Source: Bacteroidales bacterium
GTDB taxonomy: Bacteria; Bacteroidota; Bacteroidia; Bacteroidales; UBA3663
Direction: 5' to 3'
Length of the DNA stretch: 64,000 nt
NCBI GenBank assembly: GCA_024694125.1
Contig: JAILKE010000063.1
Coordinates: forward strand, 6,564 to 70,563
The notes under the pieces were generated by a model, which saw nothing but the letters and a program-made list of their open reading frames with translations, ran no database searches and was not told the DNA's origin. Both the position numbers and the translations under genes were made by a program. Positions 10,019 to 19,900 of this stretch are shown in pieces. The stretch's first letter is position 1. Every line of letters starts with the position of its first letter.

Positions 10019-11791
10019 ATGAACAACCTTATAAGAACTGGGCTCCTCGCCACCGCACTGTCGGCCTGCCTCACGGCTTGCAACGATGAGTGGGATGAGC
10101 ACTATGGAAAGACAGCCGATGCCCCCTACGGTACGGCAAGCCTCTACGAGGTGCTGTCGGAGCAGCCCGAACTGTCGGACTTCTGCCGTGTGCTGCAGAA
10201 GGCTAAAGTATTCAGCAATTACCGTCAGACGGACGTTACCTATGCCACGCTGCTTGGTACGGATCAGTTTTTCACTGTCTGGGCTCCGGTCAACGGTACC
10301 TTCAACTGTGACTCGCTCCTGGCTCTGTGCGATACATCGGAGGGCGACTCGCTCGTCGAACTGCATTTCGTCAAGAATCACGTGGCTCGCTACAGCCACT
10401 CGATAGACGGCACGGAACAGCAGGTCTATATGCTCAACGGCAAGACTCTGCCACAGGATGCCTCCACCTTCAACGGCATCGACGTGCACCAGAGCAACAT
10501 CGCCGCGCGCAACGGCCTGGTACATATCATTGACCGGACTTCGCCCTACTATCACAATATCTACGAGGCGCTGGTCGGCCAGTCGCGCTACCAGCACATC
10601 GGCCAGTTCCTGCGCTCCTATCAGATAGACAAGCTTGACGAGGCCAGTTCGTTGGCGAAGGAGATAGTCGATGGCAAGACGGTCTATATCGACTCGGTCT
10701 TCTATTCGAGCAACATCCTGTTGAGCCGCAACATGTATGGTGTGATCAACAGCGAGGACTCCACCTACTGGATGCTGGTACCGGAAAAGGAGTTGTGGGA
10801 CTCGCTCTATGCCGAGGCCTACACCTACTTCAACTATGCCGGTGTGGCCAAGCCTGACTCGCTCCGCAATCTCTATGCGCACTATGCACTGATGCAGGAC
10901 CTGGTATATAACCCCAATGTCCAGTATTATCCAGAACGTATGATGCACAGCACGCCTTGGACCAACAGTGTATCGTCCATCTCTGAACTGGAGGAGATAT
11001 ACGAGCACCACTGTTACTTCGATGCCTACGGCGAGGGTGGTATCTTCAACCCCGCTACCTGGTGCGGTCAGCAGCAATGCTCCAACGGCTATATCTACAA
11101 CCTGGACCGTTGGCCATTCGAGAAGGAGCACCTCTACTTCTATCCGCTCAAGTATGATGTGGAAACGCAGAACATGACCTACGATGAGGGCGTCAAGAAC
11201 AAGAAACTCACCGTGGATATAGTCACGGTCAATGACAGCCGTGTCCATGACGCCTATATATCGGTCACCCCTGCCACACAGACGGATCCATACTATGTAG
11301 AGTGTGAAGTGCCGGAGGTGCTGTCAGGAACCTACGACGTGTATGTGGTCTTCCTGCCACGCAGCGTCAACAGCGCGCTTCCCTTCACCGACGAGACTAC
11401 GGCGGGCAAGCGTAACCGTCGTCCTGCCAAGTTCTACGCTGAGATTACCTACAGGGGTACGGACGGAGAGTCCTATACGGTCAACAGCCGTACTCGCTAC
11501 AAGATAGACGAGACCGATCCTGCCTACTATGTCAAGGGCGGCAGTTCGGACTCTTTCCTCTTCGATTGCAATCTTAATCCCAATACTTCAAGTTGTGCCT
11601 TTGTCAATGATCCGTTCGAAGTGGATTCGGTCAAACTGTGTACCTTCACGTTCCCGACCTGCAGTTATGGTCTGGACGAAGCCACTACACGTCTCAAGAT
11701 CAAGAATGCCATCTCCAACCGTGAGACCAACAAGTACTGGGGCGTATGGTTCATCGACCGTGTAATCCTTATGCCTCACCAGGAGGACTGA
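10019..11791 (+). CDS. Fasciclin (FAS1) domain lipoprotein with C-terminal beta-sandwich-like domain
   Basis: ATG at 10019 (the ORF-track start at 10010 is TTG). Lipobox CLTAC. FAS1 motifs FFTVWAPVNGTF and NGLVHIIDRTSP. Confidence 0.75.
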   Translation: MNNLIRTGLLATALSACLTACNDEWDEHYGKTADAPYGTASLYEVLSEQPELSDFCRVLQKAKVFSNYRQTDVTYATLLGTDQFFTVWAPVNGTFNCDSLLALCDTSEGDSLVELHFVKNHVARYSHSIDGTEQQVYMLNGKTLPQDASTFNGIDVHQSNIAARNGLVHIIDRTSPYYHNIYEALVGQSRYQHIGQFLRSYQIDKLDEASSLAKEIVDGKTVYIDSVFYSSNILLSRNMYGVINSEDSTYWMLVPEKELWDSLYAEAYTYFNYAGVAKPDSLRNLYAHYALMQDLVYNPNVQYYPERMMHSTPWTNSVSSISELEEIYEHHCYFDAYGEGGIFNPATWCGQQQCSNGYIYNLDRWPFEKEHLYFYPLKYDVETQNMTYDEGVKNKKLTVDIVTVNDSRVHDAYISVTPATQTDPYYVECEVPEVLSGTYDVYVVFLPRSVNSALPFTDETTAGKRNRRPAKFYAEITYRGTDGESYTVNSRTRYKIDETDPAYYVKGGSSDSFLFDCNLNPNTSSCAFVNDPFEVDSVKLCTFTFPTCSYGLDEATTRLKIKNAISNRETNKYWGVWFIDRVILMPHQED

Positions 11792-11823
11792 ACGCTTCCC
11801 TAAATCTGTAATTTGATACGACA

Positions 11824-14800
11824 ATGAAAAAAACTATCATATTTGGTATGACTGCATTGCTGGCCACGGCTGCATGGGCCGACACCACTGTGCAGGGTAC
11901 TATACGCGATGCCTATACGCACGAGCCGCTCGCTGGTGTGTATGTGCAGGCTTACTCCAACAGTACCATCACATCGATGACCGACTCGGCTGGACACTAT
12001 TCTCTCTCGGTGCCGGACTATGTCAAGAGCCTGCGCGTGAAGCGTGCCGGTTACAATACGCTGCAGATTCCCTTGGGTCGCCGCAGCGATGGGGTCGATG
12101 CAGGTCTCTATCCGACTGCCTTCACGCAGTCTGTCGGCCTGGCTGACGATGCCCGGGCTGACCTGTCGGCACAGGTGAGCGAACTGTCCAACGACCTGTC
12201 GCTCGACGATCAGCTCTCTGCCCGTCTGGGTGGACAGGTTCGTGCCGTGGGTCGCGGCGGTGCTCCCGGTCTGGGATCGTTCCTGCTGCTGAACGGCATC
12301 AATTCGCTCCATGTCAATACGCAGCCGCTCGTGGTCATCGACGGCATCATCCTCGATATGCAGTATGACCGTTCGGCGCTGCACGAAGGATTCTACAACA
12401 ATCTGTTGGCCAATGTATCTATAGACGACATCGCATCGGTCTCGGTCCTGCGCAACGGTACTGCCCTGTACGGTGCACGCGGCGCCAACGGTGTGATACT
12501 GATCGAGACCAAGCGCAGTCACAGTTACGACACGAAGATAGACGTCAATATATCGGGCGCCTTCCAGCAGTTACCCCATCTGCCAGAGGTGATGAATGCC
12601 TCGGAGTACCGTACCTATGCCTCGGAGCTGATAGGCAGTACCAATACAGAACTGACTGATTTCAAGTTCCTGCGCGAAGACCCGAACTATTACTTCTACA
12701 AGGTCTATCACAACAATACCGACTGGAAGGATCAGGTCTATCGAGAGGCATTCACGCAGCGCTATTCCATCAACGTGCAGGGTGGCGACGATGTGGCTGA
12801 CTACAACATCTCGCTGGGCTACATCAAGTCCGAGGCTACGCTGAAGGAGAACGACTACTCGCGCTTCAACCTGCGCGTCAACAGTGACCTGAAGTTGACT
12901 GATTGGTTCAAGATGCGCATCGATGCATCGTACAGTGACGTGAACCGTGACCTGCGTAACGATGGCGCCCCATCGGACATAGACAATACCGTCGTCACGT
13001 CGCCCAGCCTGCTCGCGCTCATCAAGAGTCCATTCCTCTCGCCCTGGCAGTACGACAACCAGGGTAATCTGTCCAATTTCCTTTCGGATGCGGATGACTA
13101 TCTGAGCCAGGTCTTTGCCGACGGCAAGATAGGAGAGGGCAGTCTCGCCAACCCGACAGCCATATTGCGCGACGGTGAGGCGTTGAACAAGAACTCCTTT
13201 GGCAACCGTATGGTCACGTTGGGCATCAGTCCAACGGCACAGCTCCGACACAACATCACGCTGTCGGATGCCTTCAGCTTCGTGCTCTTCAATACGGACG
13301 AGGGCAATTATATCCCAGTCTTCGGCGTACCGTCGTACGAACTGCCACATGTCAACAACACTCTGCGTAACGTGCTGCAGAGCAACAGCTCGCACCAGTA
13401 TCTGATAGCCAATGACCTGCGCATCAGTTGGAAATGGATGCAGGATGGTCACCACCTGGAACTGAACGGCGGTTGGCGCTATAACCTGAACCGCTATGAG
13501 GCCAACGGTCTGATAGGTTACAATTCGGGTAATGACAAGACTCCGAACATGCATAAAGGCCTCCTCTACAAGAGTACTCCGGGCGTGAACGAGAAGAACA
13601 CGATGCTCACCTACTACGCCCAGGGCGCCTACAGTCTGTGGGACAAGTATTACCTGGATGCTGCAGTGAGCCTCGAGACCAGTTCCCGCTTCGGTCCTGA
13701 TGCTGCCGACGCCATCAAGATGTTCGGTGTGGCATGGGGCGTGTTCCCATCAGTCAGTGCATCGTGGGTAGTAACCAACGAGGACTGGTTCCCTACCGAT
13801 GGTCTGGTCAATTACCTGCGCCTGCGTGCCGGTTGGGACATGACTGGCAATGACGACATCGTGCTCAATGCCTCGCGCACCTACTTCGATGCTGTCAAGT
13901 TCCAGGAGTCGGTAGTCGGCACCAAGTTGGGCGGCATCGGCAATACCCGTCTCAAGTGGGAGACTACCAAGCGCCTCAGCTATGGTGCCGAGGCCAATCT
14001 GCTGGACAACCGCCTCTCTGTCGCTCTCCATGCCTACAAGAGCTGGACCTCGGACCTGCTCTCTGTACAGCCGCTTGCCTACATCGTCGGTTTCGACCAG
14101 AACTGGGGCAATGACGGCGAACTGGAGAATGTCGGATTCGACATCGACCTGCAGGGCAAGGTCATCAACCGCCGTGACTGGCAGTGGCAGTTGGGGCTCT
14201 CCCTCGGTCACTACAAGAATGAACTGGTCAGCATAGCTGGTGGCGACTTCCTTACCGATGTATATGGCGGAACCGTTGCTACACAGGTGGGTCAGCCAGT
14301 GGGACTCTTCTACGGCTACCAGACCGACGGTGTCTATGCCTGCAATGCCGATGCACAGGCAGATGGACTCTATGTGGTGGACCGCACTGGAGCACAGGTT
14401 CCTTTTGCCGGTGGTGATGTCCGATTCATCGACCGTGAAGGCAATCATGAGATCAACGACAATGACCGCACCGTGATAGGTGACCCCAATCCATCGTTGT
14501 ACGGACATATATCATCGCACCTGCAGTGGCGCAAGCTCTCGCTCGACGTGCTGTTCAACTACTCGTTGGGCAATGATATCTACAACTACCAGCGCTCGTT
14601 GCTCGAGTCGGGTTCGCGTTTCCACAACCAATCGACCGCCCTGCGTGGCCGTTGGTCCAGCGAGGGTCAGCAGACCGATATCCCACGGGCACTGTATGGT
14701 GACCCGATGGGCAACAGCCGATTCTCAGACCGCTGGATAGAGGATGGCTCCTACCTGCGTCTCAAGAATGTGACCTTGAGCTATACCCTTGGGTTCAATT

Positions 14801-14979
14801 CGCGCTACATCCAGGGCATCACCCTGTGGGGTTCGGCTCAGAATTTGTTCACGGTGACTAAGTACCTGGGCAGTGATCCCGAACTGTCGGTTTCGAACAA
14901 TGTCCTCTATCAGGGTATAGACTGTGGTCAGTTGCCCCAGAGCCGTACTTTCAGCGCTGGCGTGCGCATCAATCTCTAA
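11824..14979 (+). CDS. SusC/RagA-family TonB-dependent outer-membrane transporter (pair 2)
   Basis: 1051 aa. Signal ATAAWADTTVQGTIRD. Plug motif VSVLRNGTALYGARGANGVILIETKR. C-terminus FSAGVRINL. Confidence 0.9.
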   Translation: MKKTIIFGMTALLATAAWADTTVQGTIRDAYTHEPLAGVYVQAYSNSTITSMTDSAGHYSLSVPDYVKSLRVKRAGYNTLQIPLGRRSDGVDAGLYPTAFTQSVGLADDARADLSAQVSELSNDLSLDDQLSARLGGQVRAVGRGGAPGLGSFLLLNGINSLHVNTQPLVVIDGIILDMQYDRSALHEGFYNNLLANVSIDDIASVSVLRNGTALYGARGANGVILIETKRSHSYDTKIDVNISGAFQQLPHLPEVMNASEYRTYASELIGSTNTELTDFKFLREDPNYYFYKVYHNNTDWKDQVYREAFTQRYSINVQGGDDVADYNISLGYIKSEATLKENDYSRFNLRVNSDLKLTDWFKMRIDASYSDVNRDLRNDGAPSDIDNTVVTSPSLLALIKSPFLSPWQYDNQGNLSNFLSDADDYLSQVFADGKIGEGSLANPTAILRDGEALNKNSFGNRMVTLGISPTAQLRHNITLSDAFSFVLFNTDEGNYIPVFGVPSYELPHVNNTLRNVLQSNSSHQYLIANDLRISWKWMQDGHHLELNGGWRYNLNRYEANGLIGYNSGNDKTPNMHKGLLYKSTPGVNEKNTMLTYYAQGAYSLWDKYYLDAAVSLETSSRFGPDAADAIKMFGVAWGVFPSVSASWVVTNEDWFPTDGLVNYLRLRAGWDMTGNDDIVLNASRTYFDAVKFQESVVGTKLGGIGNTRLKWETTKRLSYGAEANLLDNRLSVALHAYKSWTSDLLSVQPLAYIVGFDQNWGNDGELENVGFDIDLQGKVINRRDWQWQLGLSLGHYKNELVSIAGGDFLTDVYGGTVATQVGQPVGLFYGYQTDGVYACNADAQADGLYVVDRTGAQVPFAGGDVRFIDREGNHEINDNDRTVIGDPNPSLYGHISSHLQWRKLSLDVLFNYSLGNDIYNYQRSLLESGSRFHNQSTALRGRWSSEGQQTDIPRALYGDPMGNSRFSDRWIEDGSYLRLKNVTLSYTLGFNSRYIQGITLWGSAQNLFTVTKYLGSDPELSVSNNVLYQGIDCGQLPQSRTFSAGVRINL

Positions 14980-15001
14980 ATCTCACTAATCTGTTATCAT
15001 T

Positions 15002-16723
15002 ATGAAAAAGATATATTTTGGCGCTCTTGTGGCTACGGTAGCCATGTCGGCAGCTGTCTCGCTGTCGTCGTGTGAGGATATGCTCGAGCCGGAGTCGGAC
15101 CTGATCATGTATCCCGAGGATAATCAGCTCGACACTCCCTACGATACGCTCTACTCGGTGGTGGGTGTGCTGCACCAGATGCAGGCTGTGCTGGACCGTA
15201 CCAATCTGCTCGGCGAGGTGCGTGCCGACCTGGTCACACTGACAGGAAGTGCCTCGAAAGACCTGCAGGAACTGGCATCGTCACAGGTCAGTACGGCAAA
15301 TGCCTACAACAATCCACAGGATTACTACGCCATCATCAACAACTGTAATTACTATATCGACAATGCCGACTCAACCTACGTCAAGCAGGGCGTGCGTGTC
15401 TTCGAGCGTGAATTGGCATTGATTCATACCTATCGTGCATGGACCTACCTGCAGTTGGCACTCAACTATGGCGAGATCCCTTTCTACACGCACTTCCTGG
15501 GTACGCAGTCCGAGGCTGACGAGGTACTGAAGCAACCTCGGCTCTCCATCGCGCAGGTCTGTGCCGAGTTGATCGATGACCTGTTGCCTTGGGCCTATAC
15601 CAAGCGACTGAGTTATCAGTCTTCGTTCGGTTCCTACAATATCTCGAATATGTACATGTCTCCCAAACTGATTCTGGGCGAACTGTACCTGTGGAGCGGT
15701 CAGTACGAAGAGGCCGCCTTCTGGTACCACGAGTACCTGACGGACAAGGATGACCCACTGCCAGTGGGAGGCAGTCCTGCCAAGAGGACTTATGCCAATG
15801 GAGTTTACAGCTCTTCAACGTCGTATCGAGCCAGTACCGGCATCTATCTGCCCTACGAGTCCGACGCCATGTACGGCACTGTCTCGTATCTGCTCGATAT
15901 GTACGAGTCGAATGCGGACAATAACCTCTACTACGAGATTACCTACTCGCAGTCTGCCCTGGAACGCAGCATGTCGCAGCGGGCAGTCCTCGTGGTGGTC
16001 AATGAGAAGATGGAACGCGACACACTCGAGTTCCCAGCTTTCAGTACGGATGCATTCTTCACCGGAGACTTGCGTCTGGGCAGTGTGGTCAGCGTCCGAG
16101 CTATCAACAACGGCAAGAACTGGAACACGTCATACCAGACCATCTCCAAGTTGTCATCGAGTTCCTACCTGCTGTACCGTGTGAACATGGTCTATCTGCG
16201 CTATGCCGAGGCGCTCAACCGAGCAGGTTATCCCACTGCCGCCTTTGCCGTACTCAAGTATGGCCTGTGCGAGGACAATATCGAGAAAAGAGCCTCGGGC
16301 AGTCCTATCAATGCGGACGAGGCTGCCCGTGCCGGTCAGTTGATATACTTTGACCCTAACTACTTCATCGGTACCGATTATTCCTCGGGAATGAACGGAA
16401 CCGCCACGTCGGGCAATACGATTGGCATACATGCCATGGGCGGTACTGCAGTGGATGCCGATACCACCTATGTCATACCACAGTTGGCATCTATGGCCGA
16501 TACGGTACAGTGGGTCGAGGAAAAGATTGTCGAGGAGATGGCACTGGAGTCTATCTTCGACGGAACGCGGTTCTATGACCTGATGCGCGTGGCCATGCGC
16601 CGTGACGACAACAGTTTCCTGGCCAACACCATTGCTGCCCGCGACGGCAGCGGTGCGGTCAATAAGGAATTGCAGTCGCGGCTGATGGACAGGACCAATT
16701 GGTTCCTTCCGTTCCAAAAATAA
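15002..16723 (+). CDS. SusD/RagB-family lipoprotein (pair 2)
   Basis: 573 aa. Lipobox SLSSCEDMLEPES. Motifs YRVNMVYLRYAEALNRAG and ALESIFDGTRFYDLMRVA. Sits directly after a SusC gene. Confidence 0.85.
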   Translation: MKKIYFGALVATVAMSAAVSLSSCEDMLEPESDLIMYPEDNQLDTPYDTLYSVVGVLHQMQAVLDRTNLLGEVRADLVTLTGSASKDLQELASSQVSTANAYNNPQDYYAIINNCNYYIDNADSTYVKQGVRVFERELALIHTYRAWTYLQLALNYGEIPFYTHFLGTQSEADEVLKQPRLSIAQVCAELIDDLLPWAYTKRLSYQSSFGSYNISNMYMSPKLILGELYLWSGQYEEAAFWYHEYLTDKDDPLPVGGSPAKRTYANGVYSSSTSYRASTGIYLPYESDAMYGTVSYLLDMYESNADNNLYYEITYSQSALERSMSQRAVLVVVNEKMERDTLEFPAFSTDAFFTGDLRLGSVVSVRAINNGKNWNTSYQTISKLSSSSYLLYRVNMVYLRYAEALNRAGYPTAAFAVLKYGLCEDNIEKRASGSPINADEAARAGQLIYFDPNYFIGTDYSSGMNGTATSGNTIGIHAMGGTAVDADTTYVIPQLASMADTVQWVEEKIVEEMALESIFDGTRFYDLMRVAMRRDDNSFLANTIAARDGSGAVNKELQSRLMDRTNWFLPFQK

Positions 16724-16796
16724 TGCAAATTTGTACCATGTTTCAAATTCAAAAGTTTATGTTACAAATTTATTAGGTCTATTTATAAATTGAAAC

Positions 16797-16804
16797 TAAC
16801 TTTG
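16797..16804 (+). promoter_or_regulatory. Bacteroidota -7 promoter box (TAACTTTG) for the 1319-aa surface protein gene
   Basis: Matches TAnnTTTG. Lies ~130 nt upstream of the ATG at 16934 in an AT-rich gap. Confidence 0.55.
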
Positions 16805-16933
16805 CGCCGTGTATCTTGTATCGCAGGACGCGGCGCAACTCATAATTTCGGGCTACTGCTGTTCCATCAGGATGCACGTACAAACCAAAATTTGGAACAC
16901 ACACAAATCTATCAATCTCTAATTCTAACAGTC

Positions 16934-19900
16934 ATGAAAAAAGTTCTACTTTCACTGGCCGCCGTTGGTATGACGATGTCTGCCAATGCGCAACTGCTGA
17001 ATTACGGCTTCGAGACGACTGACCTTTTGCCCGGTGCACTTGTTACCGAGAATTGGTCTGACATCGATGCTGAGACTTCAGTAAACAAATTCGAGAACTG
17101 TCAGTTCGACTTGAAAAACGCCGGTACCGGTATCGATGGCAGTACCTCACTCTGGGCTACAACTGATGTGACCTGTGGTACATGGCAACGCGTTGTCGCC
17201 TTTACCAATGTCGGACTCCAGGAAAACAAATCTTATCGTATTTCTCTCTGGGTCAAGGGCGAGGGCGATTTCAACCTGGCTCTGCTCAAGGGTTGTTTCA
17301 ATCACGATCAAGCTCTGGTGGGTGGTAATGGTACTACCTATGTGGACCAGACCAAGACCTACACGGCAGCCGATGCATCGGACTACGTGCGTTACTCTTA
17401 TGTAGTATGGTCACCATCGCGCGAAGTGATGTCGGCCAAGAAAGAGGACCTCGCACAGGACGAATACTGGAACCAGGACTTCCTGCGTCTCAGCTTCAAT
17501 GGCAAGGGTACCTATTATGTAGATGATATCAAGATTGAGGAATCGAGCGTACAGGCGCTCACCTTCAATGGCAATGCCATTTATGTCGATTTCGGTTACG
17601 AGACCAATGGTGCAGCCCTCGTAGAGGCTGCCCAGGCTGCTGTCCTGCTCGACAAGTCGTGCGTCACTGTCAAGGTGGACGGCGAGGAGGCTGAGGTCGC
17701 ATCGGTCGAAATCAAGGATGGAGGCAAGTTCTATATCTTCATGAACAATGACATCGCCGGCGAGAACGTCACTGTCAGCTTCACCAACCCAGGCGACTTG
17801 AAGTATTCGACCAATGTTGCTCCTAAGAGCTTCGACGAGCCTAACTGCGCAGTGCTCGACTTCGAGAACGAGGCCGCTCTCTATGATGCTAATCTCGTAG
17901 CTGTTTCGACTGAGTGGGAGGAGGCTGCATTGGTTACCTCTGTACCACAGGACAATTCGTTCGAGTGGGGCAATGACATCAACAGCTTCTCATTCACGTT
18001 CAATAAGCCTGTATCGACCAATGACCCGGAGAACGGTGCTCCTGTAGCCCTCCTCTTCGGTCAGGGTCTGCCTGATGAGGGCGAGGCTCTGCAGGTCGTA
18101 GCCAGCGAAGAACTGAACGCTACACTGACCTTCCAGCGCACAGGCACTACAGCCCTGGTCGATGGTGTCTATACCGTCACCGTGGACAATGTGAGCAACT
18201 CTCACAGTGTAGCCACGACTACTCCATTCTCTGCCTCGTTCGAGGTAGGCAAGGTAGAGGTTGCCGTAACTGAATACACCAAGGTGGCTGAGGGTCATGT
18301 CGCATCCGAGGCCTATCCTGCTGCAGGTTGGACTATATACAATGAGGGTGAGGTGCGCAATGCTGCCGAGTCCTATGGTTCTGGTCCTCGTCAGTTCAAC
18401 TTTACCAACTCTACTGTCGAACATGCTCTCTATTTCCGTACCAAGTTCGCTGATAATGGTGACTCGGGTGTAGGTTATGTTTGCTATGGTGACCTGGAGG
18501 GCTACGGACTCACACTCCCAGAGGGTGACATCGAGTTCCGTCCTATCGTTGCTGCCTGGAAGAACGCTGGCTTCAAGCTCATCGCTTCAGTTCTGGACGC
18601 TTCGACCAAGGAGGTCATTGCTTCGCAGGAGATTACCACTTCTGCCAATGCTAATGGCGCTACCGATAAGATCGAGTTCCAGGCAGACGGTATCCGCTTC
18701 ACATCCACTGGTCAGAACGTGATCTTCAAGGTCGAGATTGCTGACAAGGAGAACCAGCATGAGGCTCTCTGTGGTGGCTTCGAGGTATATACCTATCAGG
18801 AGGGTACCAATCTCACCAACGAGACTCTGCTCGCCGAGACATTCTCCGACGTGAACGACAGCTATATCCCTGCAGCCGGCAGTGGTTGGCGCATACATCG
18901 TGACGGCAACATCCGTACTCCTGGTGCCAATGGCGGCTGGGGCGGCAACTGTGCTACTGGCGGTGGCGGTCCACGTATGTTCCAATTGTCCTACAAGAAT
19001 TTGGGTGGCAAGGGCGTATATCTGGCCAGCACCACCAATGTCCTGACCTACGGCGAGTTCCTCACCTACGAGGCTACCGAGGGTGAAGGCGAAGAAGCCA
19101 AGACTGTCACCAAGGACGAGAAGACCCTCACCCTGCCTGCAGGTCGCGTAGAGATTACCTTCTACACCGCACTCTGGAAGGCTACAGGCGTCAAGTATTA
19201 CTTCGAGATCATTCCTCAGGAGGAGGGCTTCAGCGGTACACCAATCTTCTCCAAGAGTGAGGTGATCAACACCGAATCTCCTAATGGCGACAAGAATGCC
19301 GAAATCGAGGCAATGAAGACTCAGTTCTTCTTCACCGCTCCAGCTGAGGGCAAGTACCTGCTCCGCTTCTATACCGATGGTGAGGCCTTCGTAGGCAACA
19401 TCTCGATCGTGACCGTTGCATCTGTTTCACTGCAGTACAAGCTCGCTCTCGCCGAGGCTCTCGTGCCTGCCAAGGAGGAACTGACTACTGCTCAGGCCAA
19501 TGAACTCTATGCCGGTACTACACTCAACAAGTTGAGCAGCGCTATCACCGCGTACGAGAATCCAGACTTCCACACCGCTGTTGAGTACAAGGATGCTATT
19601 GCCGACCTTGAGGCTCTCATCAAGGCTATGGCTACCCGCCGCACCAATATCGATGAGTTCGCAGGCAAGGTCGATGCTCTCAAGGCTCAGGTCGAGTCTG
19701 CTGCTGAGAAGTATTCTACCCTACAGGCTTATATCGATGCTACAGAACTGGTCAACGAACTGGCTACCGTGGCTCCAGAGAAACTGGAGGACGATGTGCT
19801 CTCGAACTATGTAGCTCGTATCAGCAAGTGTTCAGCCGAACTGAAGAACCAGATCGAGAACGTCATTCCTCTCGTCACCAAGCAGCTCACTACTCTGGCA

